Part shown: positions 63,134 to 64,000 of the stretch, piece by piece
Numbering within the stretch: position 1 is the stretch's first letter
Layout: each line of letters starts with the position of its first letter
Assembly (NCBI GenBank): GCA_964016885.1
Contig: OZ024740.1
Coordinates: forward strand, 77,996,001-78,060,000
Origin: Eledone cirrhosa
Lineage: Eukaryota
Reading direction: 5' to 3'
DNA length: 64,000 nucleotides
Notes under the pieces: generated by a model
The model's database searches: none
The model's input: the letters and a program-made list of their open reading frames with translations, nothing else
What the model was told of the DNA's origin: nothing
Program-made: the position numbers and the translations under genes

Positions 63134-63512
63134 CTTTCGGGTCTCGAATAATCGCTCCTCTCCTCCCCGCTAATTAATTTTTCAGACCCCCCCCCCTTCT
63201 CTTTTTCCAAGCGTCCCCCTATCCCCATCCCACCCGCTTATTAAATTTTGCTAATCTATCTCCGGCGAAATTTTATTTTAAGTGGTAGCATTCCTTCGAC
63301 AATTAATTTTCTTTATAAAACATTACACATGACAAAAAAAAACATTAACAGAAATTCCATATGTTATAAAATAAATAGGATGGGTTGAGGTCTCAATATG
63401 TAAACTAAACATCTAATTCTGTTTTGTTTTTTTAAATTCAAAGGAGAAAAGTACCAATTTCCCTCCCACCCCACCTATCCCCATCCTCCATCTATTACTT
63501 GGGACCCGTGAG
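63134..63512. mobile_element. Second copy of the TA-flanked MITE at 46855
   Basis: ctttcgggtctcgaataat ... attacttgggacccgtgag; colinear internal sequence. Confidence 0.75.
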
Positions 63513-63684
63513 TTCCGCGTTACGGGCAGCAATGCCTGAATGTGTGGCCGAAACAAGGGTGGAGGTGAAGAATGTGTCATTGTCCTCGGGGAGATTATCA
63601 CCACTTTCACACATTGTTGCTGAGAGGAGGAGTTAGAGAAAAACAAGTGATATTAAAAGATGTATAGAAGAAATCTCAGCATCA

Positions 63685-63925
63685 CCATTATCATCGTATA
63701 ACGTACATTTTCCACGCTAGCATGGGTCATACAAGCTATCCTGTTGTGAGACAAGCCAGGTCAGATGACCGTGTTTTGCTCACACAGAACTGATTTCGGC
63801 TTGGTTTCTACGGCTGGATGCTTTTCCTAACACCAACCACATTTACAGTGTCTGCTGGGTGCTTTTTGTCGTGGCACCTACACGACCACTTTACAGTGTG
63901 GACTGGATGCTTTTTGTCGTGACAT
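63685..63925 (-). mobile_element. RTE 3' UTR fragment
   Basis: catcgtataacgtac..ccacgctagcatggg...ctggatgcttttcctaacaccaacc. Confidence 0.75.
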
Positions 63926-64000
63926 CATATATTTCACAGCGAAAATTATTCTTTTAAAAAATGTATTCATATTTGATATAACGCTCTGAAACGCTTGGAG

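Overview
AT-rich, repeat-dense animal genomic DNA. The microsatellite load and SINE/RTE families strongly resemble an octopus genome (inference from memory, no search run). The only host gene I can support is two small + strand coding exons (19540-19674 and 40656-40815, phase-compatible across a ~21 kb intron) encoding the N-terminus of a probable ETS1/2 (pointed-like) transcription factor. I did not find the PNT- or ETS-domain exons in the window. Almost everything else is intronic repeat: 5'-truncated RTE LINEs with (GAT)n tails, several tRNA-derived SINE families, TA/TTAA/8-bp-TSD MITEs, a Helitron-like element, decayed Penelope RT and Gypsy integrase remnants, and large micro- and minisatellites. 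Nearly all long ORFs in the track are repeat artefacts. The most notable signal is about ten short Penelope-like/retrozyme-like cassettes with whole, partial or decayed hammerhead-ribozyme cores (CUGANGA...GAAA...UH). Most lie in or next to (TA)n/(CA)n tracts, several are head-to-head fold-backs, and one family shares a conserved tail (ACTCTAC...GTATTGAGTAC). A near-perfect ~245-bp inverted pair also brackets a 3.1-kb triplet-derived minisatellite inside the ETS intron.
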